This document shows positions 1 through 13,200 of a DNA stretch of 64,000 nucleotides, piece after piece. The notes beneath the pieces were generated by a model, which saw nothing but the letters and a program-made list of their open reading frames with translations, searched no databases and had not been told where the DNA came from. The translations under genes and the position numbers were made by a program. Within the stretch, counting starts at the first letter, position 1, and every line of letters begins with the position of its first letter. Source of the stretch: Eledone cirrhosa (Eukaryota); the NCBI GenBank assembly GCA_964016885.1, contig OZ024740.1, forward strand, positions 202,244,001 to 202,308,000, read 5' to 3'.

Positions 1-159
1 AAAATTTTTTTCTCCCTTACCTCCCCTTATATTTTACCTCCTCTTAGCCCCCCCCCCATATATTCTTTTTGTTTTGCCCTTCACATACCTATGTGTATGT
101 GTATGTATTTTTGTGTGTATATATATATGTGTATATATGTATATGTGTATGTATATGTT

Positions 160-258
<99 letters not shown>

Positions 259-524
259 ATGTGTGTGCGTGTGTGTATGTGTGTATATAATTGTATATTT
301 GTGTGTGTATATGTATGTATATGTGGATGAACCAGGCTTTTTTTCATTCTGAAGATTGAAGGAAACTTTTTTTGCCTTTAAGAAACCTCTGGTGAATGGA
401 TTAATTGCCTTGTATGGCTTTATTACTTTACTACTATATATACGTTTATGTAAGGTTCATTTGTCTTATCTAATACTGAGCTTTACACATACACACATGT
501 ATATGTGTGTGTGTGTGTGTACGT

Positions 525-597
<73 letters not shown>

Positions 598-842
598 TAT
601 ATGTATATGTATATATGTGTATATGTATGTGTATGTATGTATATGTGTGCGTGTGTATTTATTTATTTTTATGTATGTGTGGGTGTGTGTGTTGGTGTGT
701 GTGTGTGTGTGTGTGTGTTTGTATTTGGTTGTGCGTGCTTTTGATATATACGTAATTGCATGTGTATAATTGTTTAGTTATGTATGTATATGTGTGTTTA
801 CGTATTTATATGTGTGTGTACGTTTATATTTTTATATTTTTG

Positions 843-895
<53 letters not shown>

Positions 896-1283
896 ATATA
901 ATTACATATACATGTGTGTGTTTATATTATATACGTGTACGTGTTTGTGTATGTATGTGTCTGTAGAGGCTTATGTATTTGTATATGTATATTTATGTGT
1001 GAGAGTGTGTGTATGTGTTTACTATTTCGTACGTATGTATCTGTGCTTTTGTTTGTATTACTTACCACGCGTGTCTGTCCTGTTAGCTGGGGCATGTATC
1101 GCTGTCAAAAATTTGTTAATATATATTTATATATTTTTTTCTTATATTTATTTGCGTGTGTGAATATGTAGTGGAGTGCATTCATGTATGTGTATGTATG
1201 TACGTTGTATGTTTGTGTGAATGTATGTATGTGTATATATATGTGTGTGTGTATGTGTATGCTTGTACACACACATGTGTGTG

Positions 1284-1348
<65 letters not shown>
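1..1348. repeat. (TA)n/(TG)n compound microsatellite region, representative of many in the window
   Basis: Long TA and TG runs; overlapping YI/VC/HT ORFs are artefacts. Confidence 0.95.
343..400 (+). ncRNA. Minimal type-I hammerhead motif, family A (probably inactive, GUG at cleavage site)
   Basis: ttcatt-CTGAAGA-ttgaagg..cctttaa-GAAA-cctctgg-TG-aatgga; stems I and II pair, but position 17 is G. Confidence 0.65.
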
Positions 1349-1356
<8 letters not shown>

Positions 1357-1684
1357 AGATCAAAAGATGGTTAAAGGAGTTCCATATATTTTATTATGCG
1401 CATTTCAAAAACAAACATCATCATGCAATAATATTTGTGTTTTCATCAGATAAAATAGGAGAACATGATATGAAGGCTAAAAAACACTTGTGGATAGTGC
1501 AGTTTTAAATCAACATATGTTGATTTAAAACTGCACTATCCACAAGTGTTTTTTAGCCTTCATATCATGTTCTCCTATTTTATCTGATGAAAACACAAAT
1601 ATTATTGCATGATGATGTTTGTTTTTGAAATGCGCATAATAAAATATATGGAACTCCTTTAACCATCTTTTGATCTTATATTAT
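1349..1684. repeat. 336-bp spacerless palindrome (foldback of a hammerhead-bearing element)
   Basis: Centre caacat|atgttg at 1516/1517; arms read as exact reverse complements. Confidence 0.95.
1576..1646 (+). ncRNA. Minimal type-I hammerhead motif, family B (mirror copy on - strand 1387-1457)
   Basis: tattttat-CTGATGA-stem II (aaacacaaatattatt/gatgatgtttgttttt)-GAAA-tgcgca-TA-ataaaata; 8-bp stem I, palindromic stem III ATGCGCAT. Confidence 0.85.
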
Positions 1685-1767
1685 GCATACTCCAGTCCCA
1701 CAAACTGTAGAGTGCTTCTTATCCGATATCTGCATTGCTTTATTGTACTACAATAAAACTCACCTCC

Positions 1768-1819
<52 letters not shown>

Positions 1820-1841
1820 TGTATATATATGTGTGTGTGTA

Positions 1842-1882
<41 letters not shown>

Positions 1883-2167
1883 ATGTATGAATGTATGTAT
1901 GTGTATATGTGTGTATATATGTGTATGTGTGTGTAGGTGTACGCTTTTTATATATATATATATATGTGTATATGTATATGTGTATGCGTACATTTATATA
2001 TATGTATATATGTATGTGTGTGTAAGTATGCTTTTGTGTTTTTTTGTGTGTGTTTGCATGTGTAGTTTTATTTTATTTTTCCTTTCCTTCTCCCTTTTCC
2101 AGCCTCACTTTCATATAGATTGCATTTTTGTTTTTAGAATCCATATTCAATAAACAAACCAGGATTT

Positions 2168-2225
2168 TTCATTCTGAGGATTGAAAGCAAAACCTTTTGC
2201 TTTTAAGAAACCACTGGTAAATGGA
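2168..2225 (+). ncRNA. Minimal type-I hammerhead motif, family A
   Basis: ttcatt-CTGAGGA-ttgaaagcaaaa cc ttttgcttttaa-GAAA-ccactgg-TA-aatgga; intact core, GUA cleavage triplet. Confidence 0.85.
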
Positions 2226-2252
2226 ATAATTGCCTTATGTTGTTTATTACAT

Positions 2253-2419
<167 letters not shown>

Positions 2420-2466
2420 AGTGTGTATGTGTATATCTATATTTTTATATATATACATATATATAT

Positions 2467-2666
2467 CATCATCATCATCATCATTTTACATCCGCTTTTC
2501 CCTGCTTGCATGGGTGGGACAGGATCTGATTCTGGTCTGATTTCTACAGCTGGATGCCCTTCCTAACACCAACCTAATTTACAGTGAGTGCTTGGTGCTT
2601 TTTGTCATGGCACCTCCACGACCACTTTGCAGGGCCAATGCTTTAACCACTAAACCATGTGCCTCC
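2467..2666 (-). mobile_element. Internally deleted tRNA/CORE-type SINE with RTE tail
   Basis: Head and tail match the copy at 5212-5558; middle is missing; (ATG)n tail. Confidence 0.75.
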
Positions 2667-2682
2667 ATATATATATATATAT

Positions 2683-3780
2683 AGTTTTGCGAGGTTTTTG
2701 ATATGAAATCGTGTGTCGAAACAAATATTGTTATACTTGGGGAGGGTCATATTTGTGTAATATTGCCAGAATGAATAACAGAACACACTCACTGTTTGGT
2801 TGGTTTTCGCTTTTCGCTTCTGTGTCTTTTATATCGGTAATCTAATTTATTCGGTCCTCAATGTCGACATTGACTGACCAACGGTCAAAAATAATACAGA
2901 TACAATATAGACACAAACACATATATATAGTTTATCAAAGTTCTTTCGTTGCACATCTGCAACATCGTCAGTGGTGCTATTGTTTCCTCCCGTTGCATTG
3001 TATTTTCTACGCCATCTTTATTTAGTCTGTTTATATATTTATTTATTAGTTTATTTTATTTTGTCTTCTTTGCGCATGCGTTTGCGTGTGTGTATAGTGT
3101 TTTGTTTGATGTGTGTTCGTGATTGGGTGACTGTGTATTGGTTTATGTATTCTATCTTTACTAGTGTGTGTTTATATGTGTTTGTTGTTATTGTGCTTGT
3201 GTATGTATTTATTTATTTATACTTCTCTTAGGTCAGTGTTGTTTGTTTGGGTGTTGTTGTTATTCCATTCATTCTTTCTGTTTAGCCTTGGCCTTCTAAG
3301 TTCTATTTCACTGGCCTCTCTGATTTGCCTATCTGCCGGGTCATTTCTATGTTTAGATATTATTCTAATTTCTATGTTGTCTATGTTACCATCGTGTTGT
3401 TTTCTGGCATGTTCGTATAGTACTGACATGTTCTGGCATGTTCGTATAGTACTGACATGTTCTGGCATGTTCGTATAGTACTGACATTGTCTGGCATGTT
3501 CGTATAGTCGTTCAGTACAATACGAACATACCAGACAACAACACGACGGTAACATACAACATAGAAATTAGAATAATATCTAAACATAGAAATGATCCGG
3601 TAGATAGGCAAATCAGAGAGGCCAGTGAAATAAAACTTAGAAGGCCAAGGCTAAACAGAAAGAATGAATGGAATAACAACACCCAAACAAACAACACTGA
3701 CCTAACAGAAGTATAAATAAATAAATAAATAAATAAATACATACACAAGCACAATAACAACAAACACATATAAACACACA
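2683..3780 (-). mobile_element. 5'-truncated Penelope-like element with inverted 5' duplication
   Basis: Minus strand ~3230-3430 encodes LYEHARKQH..IRIISKHRNDPADRQIREASEIELRRPRLNRKNEW (GIY-YIG C-terminus-like); inverted arms ~3165-3426/3512-3780; 29-bp tandem repeats at the junction; hammerhead downstream. Confidence 0.7.
2934..2975 (-). ncRNA. Minimal hammerhead motif, family C
   Basis: Minus strand: acca-CTGACGA-t-GTTGCA gatg TGCAAC-GAAA-gaac-TT-tgat. Confidence 0.65.
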
Positions 3781-5190
3781 CTGTGTGTTTTTTTTTGTCG
3801 TGACAACTACACGACATCGTTTGTTTCGGGCTGGATGTTGTGGTACCAACATAACTTTACATTGAGAGGGGTGGTGTGGATGGGGTGGGGGTAGTGGGAC
3901 GGGGGTGTATTTTGTTAGAGGTGCCTACTGACTGTTGTAGGTTTCACTTTGCACTTAGGTAAGGCGGGTCTTCTCTATTACTGTGTAGCGCCAAAGATCT
4001 CGGTCCAGTGACATTGTCTTGGAGAGGTGTAAGTGTGTGAGGTCGGAATTTATCAAGTCGTCCCAGGTTTTTCTGGGTCTGCCTACTCCGTGGCTACCGT
4101 CTATTTTTATTGCCCTGCACTTTTTTTATACAGCTGTCGTCTTTCATGCGCATCACGTGACCATACCAACGTAGTCTTCTCTCGAGTAAACAACATCTGA
4201 TCCCTCTTATTTCTAATTTCTCCCTTAGTTTGTTTATGCTTTGCCGTTCACGTATATTACTATTACACATCCAGCGGAGCATGCAAGCTTCGTTTCTTTC
4301 CATTCTGCGTATATCCTCTGCACACAATGCCCAGGTCTCACTGCCATGTAACATTGCTGTTCGTATGCAGGCATCATACAGCCTGCCTTTCATTTTTAGA
4401 GAGAACCCTTTAGCGGCCAATAGTGGTATAAGCTCTCTGAACTTTTTCCATCCCGTTCTGACTCTAGCTACTGTACTTTCAGAGCACCCTCCCCCACTGC
4501 TGATTTTGTCACCCAGGTAACGAAAGCTGTCCACTATTTCTATAGAACCATCTGTGCAATGGAATGAGTTAGTAATTATGGGCACTTGCTGCTACTTATT
4601 GCACCAGAGCACCGGCCACATATAAAATCTATATTCTTAGTTAGCTTACCTGTGATCCCACTACATCTTTTATGTACCCATACTTTGCATTTGGGACATA
4701 AAATGGATTTTCTACCTACTCCTTTCCTACACACTGAGCATGGCCATTTCCCAGATGGGGCCGGTGCTCTATTTTCCTTCCTACAAACTAGAACTTTAGT
4801 CTTAGACAAGTTAACTTTAAGGCCTTTTGATTCTAGGCCATGCCTCCATGTTTGGAATTTCTTCTCTAGTTCAGCCATTGATTCAGCTATGAGCGTTAGA
4901 TCATCTGCATATAGGAGTTCCCATGGGCAGCCGGTCTTGAACTCCTCTGTTATAGCCTGAAGGGCAATAATAAATAGTAGGGGGCTAAGGACGGAGCTCT
5001 GATGAACACCAACTTTTACGCTAAACTCTTCACTATATTCGCTGTTAATTCTAACCTTGCTGACTGTTTCTTTATACATGGCTTGTATAGCTCTCACAAG
5101 CCATTCATCAACACTAGTTTTATAAGCGCCTACCAGATAATGGAGCGGTGTACTCTGTCAAAGGCTTTCTCCAAGTCAACAAAAGCTAAG
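3781..5190 (-). mobile_element. RTE-clade LINE, truncated, frameshifted
   Basis: ORFs 4576-5097 (LLYADDL, PHD-like Cys cluster) and 4094-4585 (FRYLG, LHGSETW, RLRWYGHVMR). Confidence 0.92.
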
Positions 5191-5211
5191 TGTGTGTGTG
5201 TGTGTATATAT

Positions 5212-5555
5212 GGAGGCACATGGCTTAGTGGTTAGAGCATTGGCCTTGCAATCGAAAGGTTGTGAGTTCAATTCTCAGACCAGGTGATGTGTTGTTTCCT
5301 TGAGCAAGACACTTTATTTCACATTGCTCCAGTTTACTCAGCTGTAGAAATGAGATGATAGGGACTGAGGTCCATATCATTCCACTGCAAAGTGGTCGTG
5401 GAGGTGCCACGGCAAAAAAGTACCCAGCACTCACTGTAAATGAGGTTGGTGTTAGGAAGGGCATCCAGCTGTAGAAATCAAGCCAGAATCAGTTCCCGTC
5501 CCACCCTTGCAAGCAGGGAAAAAGCGGACGTAAAATGAAATGATGATGATGATGA

Positions 5556-5558
<3 letters not shown>
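5212..5558 (+). mobile_element. Full-length tRNA-derived SINE with CORE-like domain and RTE-derived tail
   Basis: A box TGGCTTAGTGG, B box GAGTTCAATTC, CORE-like ccttgagcaagacacttt..cagctgtagaaatgag, tail matching the RTE end at ~33506-33548, (ATG)n. Confidence 0.85.
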
Positions 5559-5607
<49 letters not shown>

Positions 5608-5804
5608 CGTAAAATAAGAAAACTTGCCAAAATTTACTGCTGATTCATGGTAGTAGTAGGCTCTTGTCATAATACCACCCCGGTCCTAACTGATTGACCT
5701 CAGTGTCACGTGATTGATTCTTTAGAATCTGCCACTGACCAGGGATAGTGAATTTTTTCAGTGCTCTGGAATTTAGTCCTCGCTAGCTTTATTCCATCCA
5801 CTGA

Positions 5805-5868
<64 letters not shown>

Positions 5869-5914
5869 GGGTTCCTAGTGTCCGCGCATCGCCTGGGAAC
5901 TTAGCTGAGAATAG

Positions 5915-5996
5915 ACTCCCTGATGACGTAAGGAATTCTCTATAGTTATATTACGTAACTATATTTATCCCCTTACAGAAACTAATTAGGTGGAGT
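5915..5996 (+). ncRNA. Hammerhead-like motif, family D (degenerate at U16.1)
   Basis: actcc-CTGATGA-cgtaagg...ccttaca-GAAA-ctaattag-GT-ggagt; palindromic stem III; follows (ATT)n at 5805-5866. Confidence 0.55.
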
Positions 5997-6160
5997 GAAA
6001 ATTTTAGTAAGTTGATTTTTAATTTTAAAATTTTCTTATTTTACGTCTTTCATATACTTGTTCTGCACCCCCCTGCATAGAACCACAAAGGTACTAAGAC
6101 ATAACATATATATTTGCTAGCATGGGTGTACATCTGTACACATATGGTGGTAGATGTACT

Positions 6161-6314
<154 letters not shown>

Positions 6315-6319
6315 ATATG

Positions 6320-6372
<53 letters not shown>

Positions 6373-6377
6373 ATATG

Positions 6378-6443
<66 letters not shown>

Positions 6444-6453
6444 TATACATATA

Positions 6454-6496
<43 letters not shown>

Positions 6497-6779
6497 ATAT
6501 ATATGTATATAAATGTAAGTATGTATGTATACGTACATACATATATGTATACAGACGTACAGTAGCATGCATATATATATATATATATATATATACATAC
6601 ATATACACATATGCATACAGGTACACATACATATATGCACGCATCAGTTTAGCCTACGTTTATTATAACGCCGGCCGCTTTGTTCGTTTGTTTGTCAACA
6701 AAGCGAACAGCCTGAATTTATGCCAGTAAGTGCCATACTAAGAGTGAGAAATGAAATTTCGTTTTCATTTTTTTTTTCA

Positions 6780-6944
<165 letters not shown>

Positions 6945-7451
6945 CTGGCGAAGGACTATTTTTATCATATGTAACCCATGTGCAACCACGCAGTATTCTT
7001 CTTTCTTCTCATGTTTTTTTTTATATATATTTACCTCGGCTGCGTTTGTCTGTTTCTCTCTTACTGCTTCCCCGTTCTCTCTGTTTCTCTCACCTTCTTT
7101 CGCCCCCTCTGTCAGTTACACTTTCTCTCGACTGACCGCTTCCTCGCACTTCCACTCACTCACTCTCTATTTCTCCCCTTCTCACTACCTCCCATTTGGC
7201 TAACAGTGGGTCTTTTCTTGCTTACATCCCACTCACACTGGACGTGTCTGTACCTTTCGCTCATGAAATCCACCTAGTTTATGCTGACCAGGACTACCAT
7301 GTTGCTTGTTTATTTCCTTTCTTTGGTTTGCTTTTACCCTTCTATGTTGTTCTTGTCCCCCTCGCTTTACACGATTTACTGGTCCCAATAACTTTTTTTA
7401 GTTATTGCTCGCACCAACCTGAGGTATATGATTTTTAATGCGATGAAATAC

Positions 7452-9067
7452 GTATACAGTGTGGACTGGGAGGTTTTTACCGTGTTACCTACACAGCCAC
7501 ATTACAGCGTGGACTGTGTGTTTTTTTTGTCGTGACACCTACACGTCTGGCGGGTTTTCTACGGCTGGATGCCCTTCGTAACACCAACCACGTTTACAGT
7601 GTGGACTGCGAGGTTTTTACCGTGTTACCTACACGGCCACATTACAGCATGGACTGTGTATTTTTTTGTCGTGACACCTACACGACCTCTTTTGTTTTGG
7701 ACTGGATGTTGTGGTACCAACATAACTTCACATTGAAAGGGGTGGTGTGGATGGGGTGGGGGTAGTGGGACAGGAGTGTATTTTTGTTAGAGATGCCTAC
7801 TGACTGTAGGTTTTCGCTTTGTACTTAAGCAAGGCGGGTCTTCTGTATTACAGTGTAACGCCAAAGATCTCGGTCCAGTGACATTGTCTTGGAGAGGTGT
7901 AAGCGTGTGAGGTCGGAATTTATCAAGTCGTCCCAGGTTTTTCTGGGTCTGCCTACTCCGTGGCTACCGTCTATTTTTATCGCCCTGCACTTTTTTTATA
8001 CAGCTGTCGTCTTTCATGCGCATCACGTGACCGTACCAACGTAGTCTTCTCTCGAGTAAACAACATCTGATCCCTCTTATTCCTAATTTCTCCCTTAGTT
8101 CGTTTATGCTTTGCCGTTCACGTATTACTATTACACATCCAGCGGAGCATGCAAGGTTTTCTACGGCTGGATGCCCTTCCTAACACCAACCACATTTACA
8201 GTGTGGAACTGGGAGGTTTTTACCGTGTTACCTACACGGCCACATTACAGCGTGGACTGTGTGTTTTTATGTCGTGACACCTACTCGACCTCATTTGTTT
8301 CGGCCTGGATGTTGTGGTACCAACATAACTTTACATTGAAAGGGGCGGTGTGGATGGGGTGGGGGTAGTGGGACGGGGGTGTATTTTGTTAGAGGTGCCT
8401 ACTGACTGTTGTAGGTTTCACTTTGCACTTAGGTAAGGCGGGTCTTCTCTATTACTGTGTAGCGCCAAAGATCTCGGTCCAGTGACATTGTCTTGGAGAG
8501 GTGTAAGTGTGTGAGGTCGGAATTTATCAAGTCGTCCCAGGTTTTTCTGGGTCTGCCTACTCCGTGGCTACCGTCTATTTTTATTGCCCTGCACTTTTTT
8601 ATACAGCTGTTGTCTTTCATGCGCATCACGTGACCATACCAACGTAGCCTTCTCTCGAGTAAACAACATCTGATCCCTCTTATTTCTAATTTTTTCCTTA
8701 GTTCGTTAATGCTTTGCCGTTCACGTATATTACTATTACACATCCAGCGGAGCATGCAAGCTTCGTTCCTCTCTAGTCTGCGTATATCCTCTGCACACAA
8801 TGCCCAGGTCTCACTGCCATGCAACATTGCTGTTCGTATGCAGGCATCATACAGCCTGCCTTTCATTTTTAGGGAGAACCCTTTAGCGGCTAATAGTGGT
8901 ATAAGCTCTCTGAACTTTTTCCATCCAGTTCTGACTCTAGCTACTGTACTTTCAGAGCACCCTCCGCCACTGCTGATTTTGTCACCCAGGTAACGGAAGC
9001 TGTCCACTATTTCTATAGAACCCTCTGTGCAATTGAAAGAGCTAGTATTTATGGGCACTTGCTGCTA
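7452..9067 (-). mobile_element. Two tandem 3' fragments of the RTE LINE
   Basis: ORF 8429-9058 is the RTE C-terminus; 7800-8152 repeats the same ORF end; 3' UTR is duplicated. Confidence 0.9.
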
Positions 9068-9137
9068 TATATACATAGATAGATAGATATAGATATATAT
9101 TACTAAAATGAATGAAATTGTCATAAAGGAATTATGT

Positions 9138-9488
9138 ATCATCATCATCATCATCATCATCATCATTTTACGTCCACTTTTCCCTGCTTGCAAGGGTGGG
9201 ACGGGATCTGATTCTGGCTTGATTTCTACAGCTGGATGCCCTTCCTAACACAAACTTCATTTACAGTGAGTGCTGGATTCTTTTGTGCCGTGGCACCTCT
9301 ACGACCACTTCACAGTGGAATGATAGGGACCCCAGTCCCTATCATCTCATTTCGACAGCTGAGTAAACTGGAGCAATGTGAAATAAAGTCTCTTGCTCAA
9401 GGAAACAACACATCACTCGGTCTGAGAATTGAACTTACAACCTTTCGATTGCAAGGCCAATGCTCTAACCACTAAGCCATGTGCCTCC
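9138..9488 (-). mobile_element. Full-length tRNA/CORE-type SINE
   Basis: Reverse complement of the 5212-5558 family. Confidence 0.85.
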
Positions 9489-9655
9489 ATATGAAATAAT
9501 TATTTGGTGTTCCGTATGTACCGTTTAATTATTTTATTCTTAAACTGCCTATGCTGCTCATTTCTAGTTGATATGTTCTTACATTTATTTGCAAATTATC
9601 TCCTGTATATTGTTTGATATATTCCTCTATATGTCATTTGCTCTTGAATTTATAT

Positions 9656-9699
<44 letters not shown>

Positions 9700-9702
<3 letters not shown>

Positions 9703-10069
9703 AATTAATAAAATAATGAATAAACAAAGAAACAGTTCCTTATATTAAAAAATTCATCATTTTACGATCGTTTCTAGGATATATATGTTAGTGTTGGTAT
9801 GCATATCCTATAGATCTACGTCAAATTTTTACAAACTATCAGAGGGAGTATACATACCTACACATATATATGGTGTCTTCAGAATTCTGAAGACAGCATA
9901 TATATGTGTAGGTATGTATACTCCCTCTGATAGTTTGTAAAAATTTTACATAGATCTATAGGATATGCATACCAACACTAACATATATATCCTAGAAACG
10001 ATCGTAAAATGATGAATTTTTTAATATAAGGAACTGTTTCTTTGTTTATTCATTATTTTATTAATTTAT
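9700..10069. repeat. 370-bp near-perfect spacerless palindrome
   Basis: Centre gaa|ttc at 9884/9885; a few mismatches between arms. Confidence 0.93.
9885..10008 (+). ncRNA. Hammerhead motif, family E, with ~100-nt stem II; stem I clipped by the palindrome centre (mirror on - strand 9761-9884)
   Basis: tt-CTGAAGA-c agcatatatatgt...acatatatatcct a-GAAA-cgatcg-TA-aa; palindromic stem III ACGATCGT. Confidence 0.65.
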
Positions 10070-10200
10070 CTTGACTCTGTTTTCCGTTAATTTTCACCGA
10101 AAAAATTTTTGGAATACATCTCTTTTCATGATATTCGGATTACATTGAGTTCTTCATACGGATTAGACACTACTGTACATTTTGGTAGATTTATCTACAT

Positions 10201-10268
<68 letters not shown>

Positions 10269-10271
<3 letters not shown>

Positions 10272-13200
10272 TCATCATCATCATCATCATCAACGTTTAA
10301 CGTCCGTGTTCCACGCTTGCATGGGTTTGGACGGGGGTAGTCCCACTTGAGGCAAGAGTGATTGTCTTGCTCGCATAGGACTGTCTGGCAGGTTTTCTAC
10401 AGTTGGATGCCCTTCCTAACACCAACCACATTTACAGTGTGGGTCTGGGAGGTTTTTACCGTGTTGCCTACACGGCCACATTACAGCGTGGACTGTGTGT
10501 TTTTTTGTCGTGACACCTACACGATCTCATTTGTTTCGGCCTGGATGGCGCGGCACCAACATAACTTTACATAGAACGGGGTGGTGTGGATGGGGTGGGG
10601 GTGGTGGCGGGACGGGGTGTAGTTTGTTAGAGATGCCTACTGGCAAGGCGGGTCTTCTCTGTTACTGAGTACCGCCAAAGGTCACGGTCCAGTGACATTG
10701 TCTTGGAGAGGTGTAAGTGTGTGAGGTCGGAGTTTATCAGCTCATCCCATGTTTTTCTAGGTCTGCCTATTCCGTGGCTACTGTCTATCTTTATTGCCCT
10801 GCACTTTGTAATACAGCTATCGACTTTCATGCGCATCACGTGTCCATACCAACGCAGCCTTCTCTCGAGTAAACAACATCTGATCCCTCTTATCTCTAAT
10901 TTTTTCCTTAGTTCGTTTATGCTTTGCCGTTCACGTATATTACTGTTACACATCCAGCGGAGCATGCAAGCTTCGTTCCTCTCTAGTCTGCGTATATCCT
11001 CTGCACACAATGCCCAGGTCTCACTACCATGCAACATTGCTGTTCGTATGCAGGCATCGTACAACCTGCCTTTCATTTTTAGGGAGAACCCTTTAGCAGC
11101 TAATAGTGGTATAAGCTCTCTGAACTTTTTCCAACCAGTTCTGACTCTAGCTACAGTACTTTCAGAGCACCCTCCCCCACTGCTGATTTTATCGCCCAGG
11201 TAACGGAAGCTGTCCACTATTTCTATAGAACCCTCTGCGCAATTGAAAGAGTTAGTAGCTGCTACTTATTGCACCAGAACACCGGCCACATGTAAAGTCT
11301 ATGTTCTTAGTTAGCTTACCTGTGATCCCACTACATCTTTTATGCACCCATACTTTGCATTTAGGACATAAGATGGAGTTTCTACCTACGCCTTTCCTAC
11401 ATACCGAGCACGACCATTTCCCAGAAGGGACCGCCGCCTTGTTTTCTTTCCTACAAACTAGAACTTTGGTCTTAGCCAGGTTAATTTTAAGTCCTTTTGA
11501 CTCTAGGCCGTGCTTGAATGTTTGGAATTTCTTCTCTAGCTCGGCCATTGATTCCGCTATGAGTGTCAGGTCGTCTGCGTATAGGAGTTCCCATGGGCAG
11601 CCTGTCTTGAACTCCTCTGTTATAGCCTGAAGGGCAATAATAAATAGTAGGGGGCTGAGAACAGAGCCCTGATGGACGCCAACTTTTACGCTAAACTCTT
11701 CACTATATTCGTTGTTAATTCTAACCTTGCTGACTGTTTCTTTATACATGGCTTGTATAGCCCTCACAAGCCATTCGTCAACGCCTAGTTTTCTAAGAGC
11801 CCACCAGATAATGGAGCGGGGGACTCTGTCGAAGGCTTTCTCCAGGTCGACAAAAGCTAAGTAGAGGGGTTTACCTTTAGCTAGGTACTTCTCCTGTAGT
11901 TGTCGTACTATGAAAAGAGCGTCTGTGGTGCTTTTGCCTGACACAAACCCGAACTGCATTTCATCTAGATCAATTCTCTCTCTGATTAGTTGCGCTATTA
12001 CTTTTTCCGTGACCTTCATGACCTGGTCGATTAATTTAATGCCTCTATAGTTACTCCTATCTAGGGCGTCTCCTTTACCCTTATAACAGTTAACGATGAT
12101 GCTGCTATGCCAGTCCTTCGGAACAACCCCATTCTGTACGACTTGGTTAACTATGCGGGTGACCATGGTGTGTCCCGCCGTGCCAGATGCCTTCAGCATC
12201 TCAGCAACTATTTCCGAAGGCCCAGCCGCCTTACCAGTCTTCATATCCTTGATTGCCTTACTTATTATACTCCCCTCGACTAACACTGCTGGTCCCTCTA
12301 TCGGGTCGATATGGGGGAGACTGTCTTTCTCCCATTTATTCTCCTCATTTAGTAGCCTTTCATAGTGACACTTCCAAGCTACCTTCTTATCAGTGTCGGT
12401 GATGGCAAGTATGCCATCATCGTTAAGTACACACTTCTCCCCGACAATATCACGGTTTTCCTTGACGCATTGCCTGGCAATCCTGAACACCTCACGTTTT
12501 TGGTCATCGCGTTGTAGAACATGCTTGAACTTTCTTTCCTCAGCTTCCCTTCTTGCTAAGTACACTTCTCTCCTAGCTTCCCTCCTGGCCACTTGATAGT
12601 CTACTCTACTTCCCCCATCCCGCCATACTTTCCAAGCCTGATTTTTGGCCTTAATTGACCCCTCCACCCTACTGTTCCACCACCATGTTACTCTCCTCCT
12701 GCCTACAGGCCTGCTCCAGCCACAGACTTCGTCTGTCGCCAACAGCAGGTTTGCTTTCAGAAATTCCCACTGTCCCTCTATATTGTCCGATTCTAGATGC
12801 TCTTCCTTACTGTCGAAAGCATCAAGTAATATGCTTTGAAATTTATTTCTGGCTGTGGGGTCCTTTAGTTTCCATATTTTCCTCCTGAGGATAGTCCTCT
12901 TCTGCTGTCGGGTACGTCTCGTCCTGACTATGAGGTCGCTAATTATCAGTCTATGTTGGGAGGTGCATTCTTCATGGGGGAGGGATTTAGTGTTTACAAC
13001 AGACACTCTGTCACGTCTTCTGGTAAGGATATAATCTACCTGGCTTGTGTGTTCCCCGGATCTATAGGTAATCAGGTGATTGTCACGTTTTTTGAAGTTA
13101 GTGTTACAGATAGTTAGGTTATTTGCATCACAGTATTCCAGGATTCTGGAGCCTTCCTCATTTCTAGTACCAAACCCATAGCCTCCATGGATTTCGTCGT

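Noticed and set aside
5212-5285. tRNA gene
   Set aside because: A/B boxes continue into a SINE body and recur in several copies; SINE head, not a tRNA.
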